Shown piece after piece: positions 49,301-61,000 of a stretch of DNA of 64,000 nucleotides (the first letter of the stretch is position 1; every line of letters starts with the position of its first letter). A program made the translations under genes and the position numbers. This stretch comes from Oikopleura dioica. Its lineage: Eukaryota; Animalia; Chordata. The stretch spans positions 5,518,001 through 5,582,000 of the forward strand of contig OU015567.1 of assembly GCA_907165135.1 (NCBI GenBank), in the 5' to 3' direction. Under the pieces are notes generated by a model, which was not told the DNA's origin, ran no database searches, and saw only the letters and a program-made list of their open reading frames with translations.

Positions 49301-51223
49301 AACTTGAAGAATTAACAACACGTGAGTTTTGTGAAAAAATCAAAGCTATCGAATTTCAGTGTACGACCAACTCCTGGCCAAAAACGACGAGTTGAAACAA
49401 AAGCTCGCGCGTTGCCGAAATGAACTGGAGCTGCTCCAGGAGCCCTACGACCAGCAGCTTCTTCAAAACGCTCAAAATTCGAACAGGAACAGTTTCTGTC
49501 AAGCGAATTTCATTCGAGTCAGAGAAAAAGAGCTCTTGAAAAACTGAAAAAAGACGTCTGTCCGACCCACTTCTCATTAGAATTCCAGCACCAGAACGAA
49601 CTTTCGACGGCATCATGGCTCGGGAGCTGAAAAACAACGATGAAATTTTTGTTGATGAAGAAAAACTAGCTGTTCAACGACGAGATCCAATCGATGACGA
49701 CGCTCTTTGGAATATTAAAAAGATGAAGTGCGATATGCGACAGCTCCAAGGTAATATTTTTTGTAGGAAAAGAAGAAATTGATTTTTTAGCGCAACTGAG
49801 AGAACTTGACGATCGAAATTCAAAGCTGGAAAACAAGAACTCGCGTGCGCTTGAACAGACGGATATTCTTGAAGGGCACTTGAACAGGGCCTCACGTGAC
49901 CAATCTGACTTGATGAATATGTCAATCAGTTCGTCGAACAGATCTCTCGACAGGATAAACGAGAGCATGACTGATCAGCTCATTCGTAACAGGTATGATA
50001 ATCTTTTGATACAAAACAATATATTGGAAAAGGGATGAAATGCGAGTCATTGACGACGAAAACAATCGACTTTCCTACGAACTGGATCAGCTTAAACGAG
50101 AGCATGAAGAAACTGAGCGTGATCTCAAACAAGGTAACGTCGATTTGAAGCACCTTTCGTTACAGTTATTCAGCTCGAAACAAGCTCATCTGGCAGCAAA
50201 AAGAGCTCGAAGCCCTGCGAGAAACAACGGCGAAACCGAACGTCGATGATTATGACAAACTCATGACCGAATACACCTCCGCCCTGGACAAGATCGAGAA
50301 GCAGGAAGAAATGCTTGAACAAGCATCGATGAGCTCAAAAGCGGATGATCTTCAAAGCCATTTGGATCAAAGCCGCGCGGAATGCGAGTTGTATGAGGAG
50401 GAAATCGGAGAGCTGAAGAGCAAGATCAAAGTTTTGGAGGGAAAATTGAAGAGCTCAGGAAGAAGATCTCCTGATTCTGAAATTCAAGGTAAAATGAGTG
50501 CTTCGGATGGATTTCTGATTGTTCTAGATATGAGTCTTGGAGACTCCCTTGTCGAGAAAATCGAAAATCTGGAGGTAAAAGATAACTGGACTGCTGAAGA
50601 AAAACTCAAGCTTGAGGTCAGGAAAGTCTTTTGCTCGTGATTTTAGAGCTTTGTTTAGATGGTGAATGAATTGCGGTACATTTTCAGCGAGCCAGAAATC
50701 GTCAGAGAAGAAGTTTCCGGTCCATCTTCCCTCGAGTAAGCTTTTCAAAAGATCTGGTAACCTGATCTTCTTCTAGGTCCAGTTCTAGTGCTGGAAAGAA
50801 GAAGAAAGAAAGCATCGATGTTCTGAAAGAATCCAAAGAAACTGTAAGCATCCTTCCCTTTCTCGAATTTCAATGAATGCGCTTTAGATCCGCCTTCTTC
50901 AATCCGCCCTAGAAAAGCTTGCCGACGAATCAGACGAGCATAAAGACGTCACTTCCGAACTCAAGGGTCTCTCAGATCAAAGCGTCCGCCTGACAGATCA
51001 GCTCAAAAAGCGACAGGATTTCATCGACAGACTCGTCGAAAAATACAAATCTTCTGAAGAAAAAGTCCGTGATTTTATCCGCCAAACGATGAGGTACTCG
51101 CTGTTCTTTTAGCCTCAAAAGCAAACTTCGAATTCTAGAGCGATTTTACAACGAGAACAAGATCGAGTCGCCCAGCGAGTGAGCCAAGACGAGTCCGTGG
51201 CGAGCATGACCTTTGACCTCTAG
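40339..51223 (+). CDS. Very large multi-exon acidic coiled-coil protein with N-terminal disordered QT-motif region; 5' exons before ~43080 are uncertain
   Basis: In-phase exon chain 43080-43256, 43309-43957, 44159-~44970, 45097-~48370 (1091-codon ORF), ~48508-49321 and on to ...ASMTFDL* at 51223; continuous heptads. Confidence 0.7.
42630..42850. mobile_element. ACCTGTG/CCTGAGTCAGG family MITE copy (intronic) with four GCCGCnnnGCGGC palindromes
   Basis: AACCTGTGTAGGAATCCTGAGTCAGG ... ATCCTGACTCAGGATCTATAC. Confidence 0.7.
43960..44158. mobile_element. CTG...CAG MITE constituting a whole intron; 8-bp TSD (C/T)TTCAAGT
   Basis: CTGGGCTCCGCAACCTG ... CAGGTTGCCGAGCCCAG; flanks 43952-43959 CTTCAAGT and 44159-44166 TTTCAAGT. 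Confidence 0.88.
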
Positions 51224-51475
51224 AAAATCCAAGTCTTCAAGTCTTTCTCTTTATAATTCTGTACGATTACCTCACGAATTGACCGAAACTGCTTCAGCAT
51301 AAATTCTGTAAATACTGTACAAAATCGCAATAAAAAATAATTGATTCAAAATTCGAATTTTGACTTACACGCCGTGTAATACACGGAGTCTGTTTTTTTA
51401 TTCAAAATTTCCCCAAAACTTTGAATAGTCACAAAAGAGAGTTAAAAGTCAGTACAGTACAAAATTGTCGATTAC

Positions 51476-52238
51476 TCATTCCTCTGGGGTCCAGATGCCT
51501 TCCTTGTCGGACATAAGGGTCTTGATGAAGATGTCGTAGTTGACTTCACCGTCGTTGTTTTCGAGACCTTCGCAGAGCTTCTCGACTTCCTGGGCGGTCA
51601 TCTTCTCACCAAGGGAGGTGAGGACGTGTCGGAGTTCAGCAGAGCTAGCTTCTTTTAGAGAATAGTTTGGGGGAGAGAGCGTACCTGACAAGACCCTGAC
51701 CGTTCTTGTCGAAGACCTTGAGTCCCTCGTAGAAGTCTTCGTAGTTTCCTGGATCGGGAGCCTGGGAGATGTTCCAGAGGTGGGGGAGGAACTCGTCCAG
51801 GGTGATCATCTTTTCTTCCATGTCCTTGTTGGAGAGCTCATTCTCGAGCTCAGTGATTCCATCACCGCCACTGAGGAGGTCTGAAAGGAAATGAAGATGG
51901 GATAAGGGAAAGGGAACGTACTCTTGACGAAAGCATCAGTGGGAGAGTAGCCAAAGCATCGGGCGAGAGAGGAGCACTCTTTGTAGGCGATGGTTCCAGC
52001 GCCAGTTCGGTCAAAGAGCTCGAAAGCGTCTCTGAAAGCTAAAAATCTTATCAAAGGGATACCCTTAATTTTACGCTTTACAAATAGGCAAACAGGCCCC
52101 TTGAACCAAATAGCAATGATAAAAGAAGATTGAAAATATAGATTTCGCTCAAAAAAGGTTCAAAATTCCGTCAGAACCAAAAATTTTATCTCTTTTCTTC
52201 AACTTACCAGCAATCTGGTCCTCGGTGAATTCAGACAT
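51476..52238 (-). CDS. Myosin essential (alkali) light chain, EF-hand protein; 4 exons
   Basis: MSEFTEDQIA|..FRDAFELFDRTGAGTIAY...YEDFYEGLKVFDKNGQGLV|SSAELRHVLTSLGEKMT...DGEVNY. Confidence 0.93.
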
Positions 52239-55200
52239 CTCGTGTGGCGGTCGAGTTAACTACTGATTAGAAGCCAAGCTCGTAGCGCCGGTGACCCCCT
52301 GCCATCCTATCTCTTCAAGAAAAAGATGGAGCTCGCACTCCTCATCCTTGAATTTGCGCCTTTAACGAGCTCTTTTTCTCATCTTTTTGAGCTGGTTTCT
52401 TCCTTGATTTCAATGACGAAAATCGACACCTTGAAAGTTCGAACAAAAAAGACTTCTTTTGCCATTGACTTTTCCGGAAGAAACAAGCTGCGAAGGAAGT
52501 ACAGTAATTTTCGACAATAAAACTTGCAGAAAAAAAACGCCACGCGTGAAAATTAGCAGGTCGTAAATTCTGCCTCGCGAGTCATCCCCAGGATTCAACA
52601 CGAGTACTTTCAGGGTCAATCGTCAATTCAAATGTCACCTCCTTCGGCCAAGGGGGATCTTACGAAATGCTCCAAGAACTGATCAAACATTTATTAGCTT
52701 AGGAAGCAAGAGTTGTTGTGAGTTTAATTAAGAGTTGTTCAAGTCGAAAATGCCAGTTGTCAGAACTTTCTTTCCCATTAATCTCGACTCATGCCACTGG
52801 GGACTCAGATCTCTCGATTCGAAAAATGAGAGGATTTCAGTTTGAAAAAGAGCGATTTCAATTCAGTCCTATTTGTTTGAGAAACGCGAAATGCCTGTTT
52901 TTTCTTTCATATTTGTTTCTTTTTGGATTCTGTCTTTCAAAGGTAATGAAATTCAAAAATAAGAGGGAAGCCCAAATAAATATTTTCAGCTGAAAGGCGA
53001 CTCCGGTGAAACGAAGATCTTGCCGATTCTAGTGATTTATATTTTTGTCTCGAAACTTATCAGAAGTGACTCTAGGTAAAAAATATTTTAGCTTGAAGAT
53101 TTTCGACTTAGAAATAATTTAAGATTTGAGAGCGAAAAACAAACCCTTGGTCTTCAACTGATGAAGCATCCTGTTGACAGAGACTGAGCAAAATAATGTA
53201 TTTTAAATACAGAAATGACTGTACAAAAAATGTTTGTTTTATCAAATTCCGAACATGCGGAGCCCAGTGCCAGTCAACGTCGCATAAATGATCCAAAACA
53301 TGATTCCTCCATTCGCCAGCCCGATCAGAAACCAAAGTCTCTCCGTAATTTTCATCCCCAGCGTTTTGTAAAAGAAAGCGCTGCCCAGTTTCGCGGGCTG
53401 AATTGGCGAGTAAGGCGACTGAGCGAGAAGTTCTTTTGTTTCCAAAAAGCTTCAACTTGTGATTGACATTTATCGCCTCCTCTAGAATTAAAATTGGGAA
53501 AGTGTGATAAATGTCACCCTAAGTAAGTGTTCGCCGCTTCGGCTTGAGCGCTAAATGATAAAATCGATTGTTTCCTCTCATTTTCTTTTTTTCTCTGAAT
53601 GATGAAATTTCCAACAGGAAATGCTTTTTTAGAAAAAAGAAATCCCGATTCTAGCTACAATAGAGTTTCAGACTACTCTTTGGTGTTACTTCGATTCCTT
53701 CGTTTTTAGCCGAAATTCGAGAAGCCTCGAGCGGCTTCGAGTAACTGAGGAGGAAAAGCCGTGCTGCGCGCGGCTAGAATTTCCATTTACTCGAAACCGA
53801 GCTCACGACTTTCGGCTCAAAAACGAAGGAATCGAAATAACACCAAGAATTAGTCAAAGATGAGAGTCGCTTCAAGATTTGAAAGATTCTTTGATTCTTC
53901 GATCATATTTTTCGGCATACGTGCCCTTCTTAGGGCTTCAAAACTTCAGAATATTTCAATAACAAATTCAAAGACAGTAGTAATTAGACGTGACAAATCA
54001 TGCGCTATCCACCACCGTGGTACTGAGGCGAATCTGAATAAATAAAATATCTATACTTAGTCAATTTTTTTTTTCTTTTATGATTTTTGAAAATCTGTTC
54101 TTGAAAAGAAAACTTGGAAGGAAGACTCTCATTATTCATCCTTTTTTACTCCAGAACGAAGTGGCGCATAATTGCGGGCAATTATCTTTGAAATTTGGAG
54201 AGACAGAACACGCACCGGCACCATTCATCGTCGCTGGACGGACTGGTGCTCTGGAGGAGGTGGATTTAATTGAAGCTCGAAAAGTAATTGAGCCAATTTT
54301 CGACTCAGGCAATTATGGCGGAACTTCGAGACAAGCGGCTTTGCTCTTTTTCTCCGTTTCCGACGAGGCAGGGAAGCTAGAATCGATGATCTTGGAAATC
54401 AAATCACTTTTATTTCTTCGTCACTTTTTCTAGCTAGAATTTCTTTAGTTACAAAATTGACTTTTCTGAAAATCCAGAAGCCGCTCGCGAATTCGAGTTG
54501 GAAAGAATAAAGCGCGGCTTTTTCGTCTTTTATAATTCGAAACCGCAAGCGGCTTCTCGACTTGCAGAAAAGTTAGAGTAACAAAAGAAATTCTAGCTAA
54601 AAAATTCTTCTTTCAATCTGTAGCCCTGAAAAGGGCTTACTTCACGGGACTGTTCCTGTCCGCTAAAATGTCACTGTGGTGTAAATTCGCTGTGCGCCAA
54701 TTTTAGGCGTTTTTCTCAGGTATTCCTGCTCCCGAAGAAGAAATCTTCAGATTGAAGACTTCCCGCTTCTTCCTCCGCTTTTATACGCGTTGGTGAGAAG
54801 CGCAAGGGATTTTTCTTTCTAGACCGCGCCAAGGTGAGAAGCTCGAGCGTCTCTAGAGAAAAAAGGCGATCTTTTTGGAGAAATGCCGCGGCAGTGAGAA
54901 GAAGCGAAGATCTAGAAAGAAAAATTCCTTGCGCTTCTCAGCTCGGCGTATATAAACGGCATGAAAAGCGGGATTTCTTCATTTGCGAATTTTGAGTTTT
55001 TGAGGAAGCTCTTCCGTTGCGGTAAGTTTTGACTTCTGTTTTTTTTTTGAAATTAATTTTAGACAAGAATAGCAAATTGCTCTTGGACGAAGTGATGAAG
55101 AAGGAGGTCGACGGATACTTTTGAGAAATCAAGGGCATTATCAAGAAATTAAGAATGCCTATACAACGTCACAAGAAAGCAGCCCTTTTTAGGGCTTGAT

Positions 55201-55313
55201 ACAGTTAATACCCAAAATTCCGTACATATTTTCGTAGCCGAAACCTTCGAAAATGTATCAAATTTTGGGTGCTAAGTTAGCACTGCTAACTGTATGGCTT
55301 GTTATTCTGATTG

Positions 55314-55490
55314 CTGGCCTCAGCAACCTGTGATGAAAACCTGAGTAGTGGTCTGAAAGATCTAAAATGAAAAGCCGCGTTGCGGCTTTTTAAATACTAG
55401 TAAGAAAGCGTAAAGCGGCTTCGTACAATTAAGATCAGTTTCTGCGCTACGCGGCTTTTCATTTTAGATCTTTCTGACCATGACTCAAGC
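55314..55490. mobile_element. Degenerate copy of the CTG...CAG / CCTGAGT family MITE
   Basis: CTGGCCTCAGCAACCTGTGATGAAAACCTGAGT, internal GCCGCGTTGCGGC, decayed right end. Confidence 0.6.
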
Positions 55491-56210
55491 TTACCAAATC
55501 ATTTATTTTTTTCTAGCGAGGCGAGGAAGCAGGGATCGGCGCAATTATGGCGTTAGCATTCAAAGTAAAGAATAAATCCAGAGGCAATTACTTTTGCTTT
55601 ATTTTCGCTGCTCCGCCAATTACGCCAAACAATAAAAGCGACTTCTTTCACAAACTTTGTCGAGCAAAGAAAGCAAAAAAGGGAACACTGTAACTGAAAC
55701 ATACTATTGATATCGAATCGATACGGCTCAAAAAATACTCGAATTCTGGACAAAAGAAATCGACCAATAGAAATTTTCAAAAAAGGAAAAAAGGCTGAAA
55801 ACCATCAAAAAATAGTAAATTTTGAATCATGTTATTTTTGCGCTCTAGAAATAGAAATTCTATCCCCGTTGATTAATTAACCCTCTTTGATCCCTTTTCC
55901 CGATTCGGCGAAACATGACAAGGCGCGGCGGAGATCATGGAAAATCCCTTCGACCGGAAATTTATTCTTCAATTAATGATTGACGCCTTTTTTTCTCGCT
56001 GCACGATTAGGAGCGTAATTAGGGATTTTAATCCGCGCCTGGATTTTATGCTCCCGAGACATGGTTACATTCCGTTTCGAAATCATTCAAAGTACCCTGA
56101 ATTTAATGTTTTGCTTGGAAGAGCTCAGATGGAATTTTGGAATAATCTTCTGATGATTTGACAATTTTGTACTACAAAAATAAATTCAATTGTTTGCTTG
56201 GGTGAAGCTA

Positions 56211-56408
56211 CTTTGCGGCTTTTTTTAGAAAGGCCGCTACGCGGCTTTCATCAAGAGTCTCTCAAAACCTGACTCAGGTTTTTACACAGGCTGCTTTGTT
56301 AGACAAAATTGCCAAATCATCAGAAGCCTGTGTAAAAACCTGAGTTAAGTTCTGAGAGACTTTTGATGAAAGCCGCGGAGCGGCTTTTAAAGAAAAAAGG
56401 CCGCAAAG
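56211..56408. repeat. Inverted pair of half-MITEs with termini facing inward (82-bp arms, 32-nt spacer)
   Basis: ...CCTGACTCAGGTTTTTACACAGGCT (to 56292) and AGCCTGTGTAAAAACCTGAGT... (from 56325) are reverse complements over the arms. Confidence 0.75.
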
Positions 56409-56769
56409 CAACGCCAAAATAACCAATTCAATCTATTTTTTTAATTGAACCCTTGAAAGTCTTCCTTGATCCCGCTTCTTGCCAAAAAGACTTCAAAAAA
56501 GCTCAGTAGCGGGAAAAAATCGCGTTGATTTTCTCTAATTTTGTGAGGGTGTTCGACGTTTTACGGACCATTTGAATATTTAATATGTGCTCATTTTAGT
56601 GAATTACAAAAATTGCCAGAATTATCGCAAAGGAGTTTGTTTTCCCTTTCACAATCTTTCTTCCCTTCCTTCGGCATCTGAGAGTTTTACTATGATTTTT
56701 CATAACTGTTAACTTATTGATGAAATTATTGAAAAACAAAAACTTCCGAAGAAAAAGTCGAGGAGCCGG

Positions 56770-56781
56770 AAGATGGCGCCG
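56770..56781 (+). promoter_or_regulatory. YY1-like motif upstream of Dlx
   Basis: AAGATGGCGCCG about 130 nt upstream of the Dlx ATG; a similar AATATGGCGCCG lies near 38560. Motif match only. Confidence 0.35.
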
Positions 56782-56901
56782 CCGGAGCCGAGAAAAAGTG
56801 CGCCTCGCGTGGGAGCGCGAAAAAGATGATCGAGGAAAAGCGAGATGATCTCGTTGAAGATTGTTGAGATCAAGAAAAAAAGATAAACAGAGATCAGAAA
56901 A

Positions 56902-58476
56902 ATGACGGAATCAGTTGAATTTTCCCCGAGCGAGTACCAAATCGCTCTGCCTCCTTTTGGCTCGGCCTTTGTCGGGGATTCGCCGGGACGAGAGAATCAA
57001 AGTCCTCAAGTTTCGACGGTCCCGGTTAGTCATGGGAATATCTTGTGGCATACCAAGCATGAGCCTGAGGAGACCTATGAGAATTCTATTTCGCCGAATG
57101 CATCGTCAAGATCGATGGCGAATGAAGAAGGGTTGGAGGAAGATCGGTCGGAATCGCCTGAACAGATGGAAGGAGGGAGAAGAAGCAAGGGATCGAAGAA
57201 GCCGAGGAAACCAAGGACGATTTACAGGTAAGCTCTTTTGAAAATTGAAAATTAACCGAGTTTTCCCTCAATAATTCAAGTTTTTTAACGAGTTTTCGTT
57301 TGTAAATTTTCTTCTTCAAATTTTTCTTTGAATTTTTTTGCTTTTACTTAATTAAAATAACGTGGTCTTCACTTATCAATCGGTGCTGAATAAAGTTTAG
57401 TTTTGTCAAAATTTTTGTTTTGAAAAATCTCTTTGTAAAATAAAGGAATATCAAAATTATGGTATTTGCTGTCAAAATTAAAAACCGAAAGAAAGAGATT
57501 CTTTTCATCAAAAAACTAGAAATAATGAACAAAATAAATTTCAAATTCACTTGAAACTATGTTCAACCCTTTCCCTAACCCTAACCCTTCTTTCTAGCTC
57601 CTACCAACTGAACGAGCTCGTCCGCCGCTTCCAAAAGACGCAATACCTGGCCCTTCCCGAGCGAGCAGAGCTGGCAGCAACACTCGGCTTGACGCAGACA
57701 CAAGGTTCGTTAATAAACGAATTCATGCGCCACTGCTTCCATAATTCATTCCCCCGATCATGAATTACGCATTAATCCTCCCCCTCAATTTTTTCTTCAG
57801 TAAAGATTTGGTTTCAAAATCGCCGCTCAAAGTTCAAAAAGCAAGTCAAGCACATGAATCTGCCCATGGAGCATTCTCAGAAACAAGCGTCGATGTATCA
57901 GCCGATCGGGCGGGAGTATGAGGCGAGCGAGTACTACAGTAACATGCCGGGCTTTGTCTACTGGACGCCGGAGCAGTATCAGCACGCGGCGGCGAACAAC
58001 TCGGCGGGGTATTATCAGCCGGTCAGCCAGTGGGACGAAGCGCATCAGGTAAGGATGATGGTTTTTAAGGGGAAGGTGTCTGGAACCGACAAAAAATTTC
58101 GATAAATTTTGCTTGAAACTTTCAACCAATCAGAAACCTGGATTTGAAAAACCAGCCAATCAGCAGCCGATTAGCCACCAACGCAAAATTTGTCGAAATT
58201 TTTTGTCAGTTCAAGACACCACCCCTTTTTAAGGGGGTAGACATCGTTAATATCGATGTTCAATTGTTATCAATTTTTTCATCACCATTTTTCTTATTGT
58301 TACTTCAGGTTGATTGTACTCCAACAATCTACTCAATGCCAGAACAACCTGTTTCCGACTCGATCGATCAAGTTTGCCTCAACTCGCAGCCAGGAGCGAA
58401 TCCGGGAGCAATTATTTCTCAAGTTGCCCCGCCGCCGATTACCTTGCCTATTCCGACTTCTCAAGATCATCACTAA
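56902..58476 (+). CDS. Dlx: Distal-less homeobox transcription factor; exons 56902-57227, 57598-57704, 57801-58048, 58309-58476
   Basis: Homeodomain RKPRTIYS|[35 protein letters not shown]|[14 protein letters not shown], plus a downstream conserved Trp. Confidence 0.96.
58069..58225. mobile_element. TTAA-associated MITE with two AACCAATCAG/GCCAATCAG boxes in Dlx intron 3
   Basis: GGGGAAGGTGTCTGGAACCGACAAAA / TTTTGTCAGTTCAAGACACCACCCC inverted ends; the internal part is homologous to ~63690-63785. Confidence 0.72.
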
Positions 58477-58574
58477 GTCTAAAACCACTTTTGCCTTTTT
58501 TCTTTTCTTTCTATCACTCGCTACTGACACTCACTGTACTAATAAAAACATAAAGAACTAAGTAGCTCCTTTAT

Positions 58575-59640
58575 TCAATAGCATTCTCGGTGAAAGTTCT
58601 TCCAGCCCTTGAATTCTTCATAAAGTCGATCTCCCGGACAAGTCGTGCTTCCTTTATCTCGATGGCCAAAGAATGACCAGCAGCGCTCATCGATGAAGTT
58701 TCTCTTTTCCATTTCGGCCATGAGCTGTTTCGCGGCGTTCAACGCTCGTTCATTTGGAAGGTCGGAAATGAAGCTGCCCATGATTGTGAAGCCAAGGGTT
58801 TGAGTGTTCCAGCCAGAGCAGTGGGCGCCTGAACTGGGCTTGGTAACCTGTGTAAAGACCTGAGTCAGGGTCCTGACTTAGGAAATAAGAAAGAGAGAAT
58901 TACTTTTTGATAGCCGCTTCGCGGCTTTGTTTCAGAAAAAGCCGCTGAGCGGCTTTTCATCAAAGCTTTTTTAGAACCCTGAGTCAGGTTTCTACACAGG
59001 TTGCGAAGCCCAGCCTTGAATGTGAAAGCCTCTTCCTTCATAAATCCGCCCATCTTCTCCGATCAAAAAGTTGTATCCAATATCCCACCAGCCGTTTCCG
59101 TCCATATGGTAGTCCTGCACCTTCTTGACTTCCTTGATACAGTCGATCATGTCGTAGCATCTGTCCCAGTGAGTGTGGTGGCCGATGACGCCGGTTCCGG
59201 CTGGGTGGTGGAAGTTGTCGATTCCGAGGGGGAGGCGGGCTTCCCAGTGGGCGCGGGGGACGAAGTTTTCGGCCCAGATTTGGCCTTTGACGAAGGTTTG
59301 GGATTCGGGCTCGGAGACAAAGAAGAGTTCGGCGCGGAGGGTGTAGCCCAGAGCGTCTTTTTACCGGTTTTCTAGCTTTTTTCTTGCTGAAAAATTGTCA
59401 GAACTGCTTCAAGAACCGATTCTAGAGTGACTCCAGCGCATTTATCGCCCATTGAAATGCAAAGATCTTTGGCTGTTTCGAGAGTTTCTACTGGATCGTG
59501 CTGGACGTAGCCCATCAGCCTTGGAATTTGTCGCTCTTTGCCGAATAAAAGGTTGCTTACCCGTAGTTTTCATACTGATTCCAGTAAAAATCTCCGACGG
59601 CAGCATGAGCTGAGACTAGAAAAATGCAAAGAAGCTTCAT
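58575..59640 (-). CDS. PGRP: Peptidoglycan recognition protein, amidase type, secreted
   Basis: Signal MKLLCIFLVSAHA; FVPRAHW, VIGHHT, WWDIGYNFLIGEDGRIYEGRG, GAHC.GWN, GHRD, TCPG. The junction near 59400-59360 is unresolved. Confidence 0.9.
58834..59013. mobile_element. CTG...CAG MITE constituting nearly all of a GC-AG intron (58829-59014) of PGRP
   Basis: CTGGGCTTGGTAACCTGTGTAAAGACCTGAGTCAGGGT ... ACCCTGAGTCAGGTTTCTACACAGGTTGCGAAGCCCAG. Confidence 0.88.
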
Positions 59641-59930
59641 TTTTATGAAGTTTTGAGATCGAACTTTGAAAATCAGAAGATACCAGATGCTTCCTTCCCA
59701 TAGAAAAATTGAGGAAAATTCTTGAACGCAACAGTGAAGTTGAAATCTGGAAATTGACTTTGATTTTGAATGGTTCGGTCTGAAGATTTTCATTTCGAGA
59801 ATTGGGTTTCTGTGAATTCCTTCGAGCTGATAGGCTCTGATTTTGCAGTTTTCCCTTTTTTGCGGCGACAGATATTTCAATCAACATTTTTTTCATTCGA
59901 AATTGAATCAAAAAAGAGGATTTTTAAAAA

Positions 59931-60831
59931 ATGAAAATAGCCAGAGAGTTTGTAGTTTCCAAAGCAATTGCTGGAGTCTGCCAGCGTTTGGACCAGCCTC
60001 GCTATGGGAGATACTGTCATGCTGTAACTGAGAAGATGGTGAAGCTCACAAAAGAGAAATGGACAGTCTGTCTTGATTGGAGAGGATTTCAAAAGATTTA
60101 ATTTCTACTTTTATAATTACATCTTAATATTAAAAGTTTCTTATATAATTTTGAAAATCCTTCTCGAGCTTTAACGAATACTACCCCGACTCTCAGCATC
60201 AACTAGTTCTTTCTGATGCGAAGCTCAGATGCCCAGCTCATAAATGTGGTGTCGAGAATCTTTCTCCTCGAGAATTTATCATCGGAAAATGCTGCGATGA
60301 TGCCAAGAAAATGCGTGGAAAAGGCTTGGGTTTCTTTGGTTTGATTTTTATTCACAATTGTTGATAAAAAACTAATCTTTCATAAAACAATCAATAATAA
60401 ATAATTTATTTATTAATTATTATGCAATTTGCAGGACCTATCTTAAAAGACAAAGGCACTCACGCTTTGATTCTCGAGCAAATTGATGAATTGAAGCCGG
60501 ACATCGAATTCCTTCAAGCTGAGCTCAAAAAAGCCCAGGCTGATCTCGACAGCATGAAGGCCTCACTCAAAGATGTGCACGCCGAAACAGAAGAAAAACT
60601 TGGAATCACAGGTGATTTTTTTTAAATCCTGAATTCTGACCAAATTTTTAAGATGAAAAGCGCTCTTCCTGCAAGGTCTGTCTCGAAGTCTACAACGGCA
60701 CCATTCGTCAGGAATGCGCCCTCCAATGCGGCCATCGCTCCTGCTTCCGATGCTTGAACTCTCTTCCACGAAAGATCTGCCCAATCTGCCGAAAAGCGTT
60801 CACCGCTGAGCAAATCCTCAAGCTCTTCTGA
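59931..60831 (+). CDS. Coiled-coil plus C-terminal C3HC4 RING finger protein; 4 exons
   Basis: Last exon from 60653 encodes CKVCLEVY...CALQCGHRSCFRCLNSLPRKICPICRKAF...LKLF*. Exon 1 is linked by an inferred GA-AG intron (60095-60168). Confidence 0.78.
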
Positions 60832-61000
60832 AGAACAAGACTCTTCTCTCCTGTCTTTCTCCGATTATCCTTTATCGTCGAGAATAAAATTAAAAAAAAA
60901 CAAAGCTTTTTTGTTTTGATTTTATTAAAAAATGAGCTCAGTTTTTCGTTAGTTTCAAAAAAGTATTTATATAAAATTATACAGTAAAAGCAGTTTTCTA

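Noticed and set aside
53100-55780. Short hydrophobic ORFs (53242-53445, 54080-54433, 55553-55780)
   Set aside because: May be exons of a real gene, but no consistent start, splice chain or recognisable domain was found.
57572-57587. CCCTAACCCTAACCC telomere-like repeats (also ~15298-15312)
   Set aside because: Only 2-2.5 units, lying near intron ends; not an interstitial telomere array.
59041-59060. Apparent frameshift in PGRP suggested by the ORF track (MGGFMKEE)
   Set aside because: The correct frame reads GAT GGG CGG ATT TAT (DGRIY) continuously; the listed ORF is an alternative frame.
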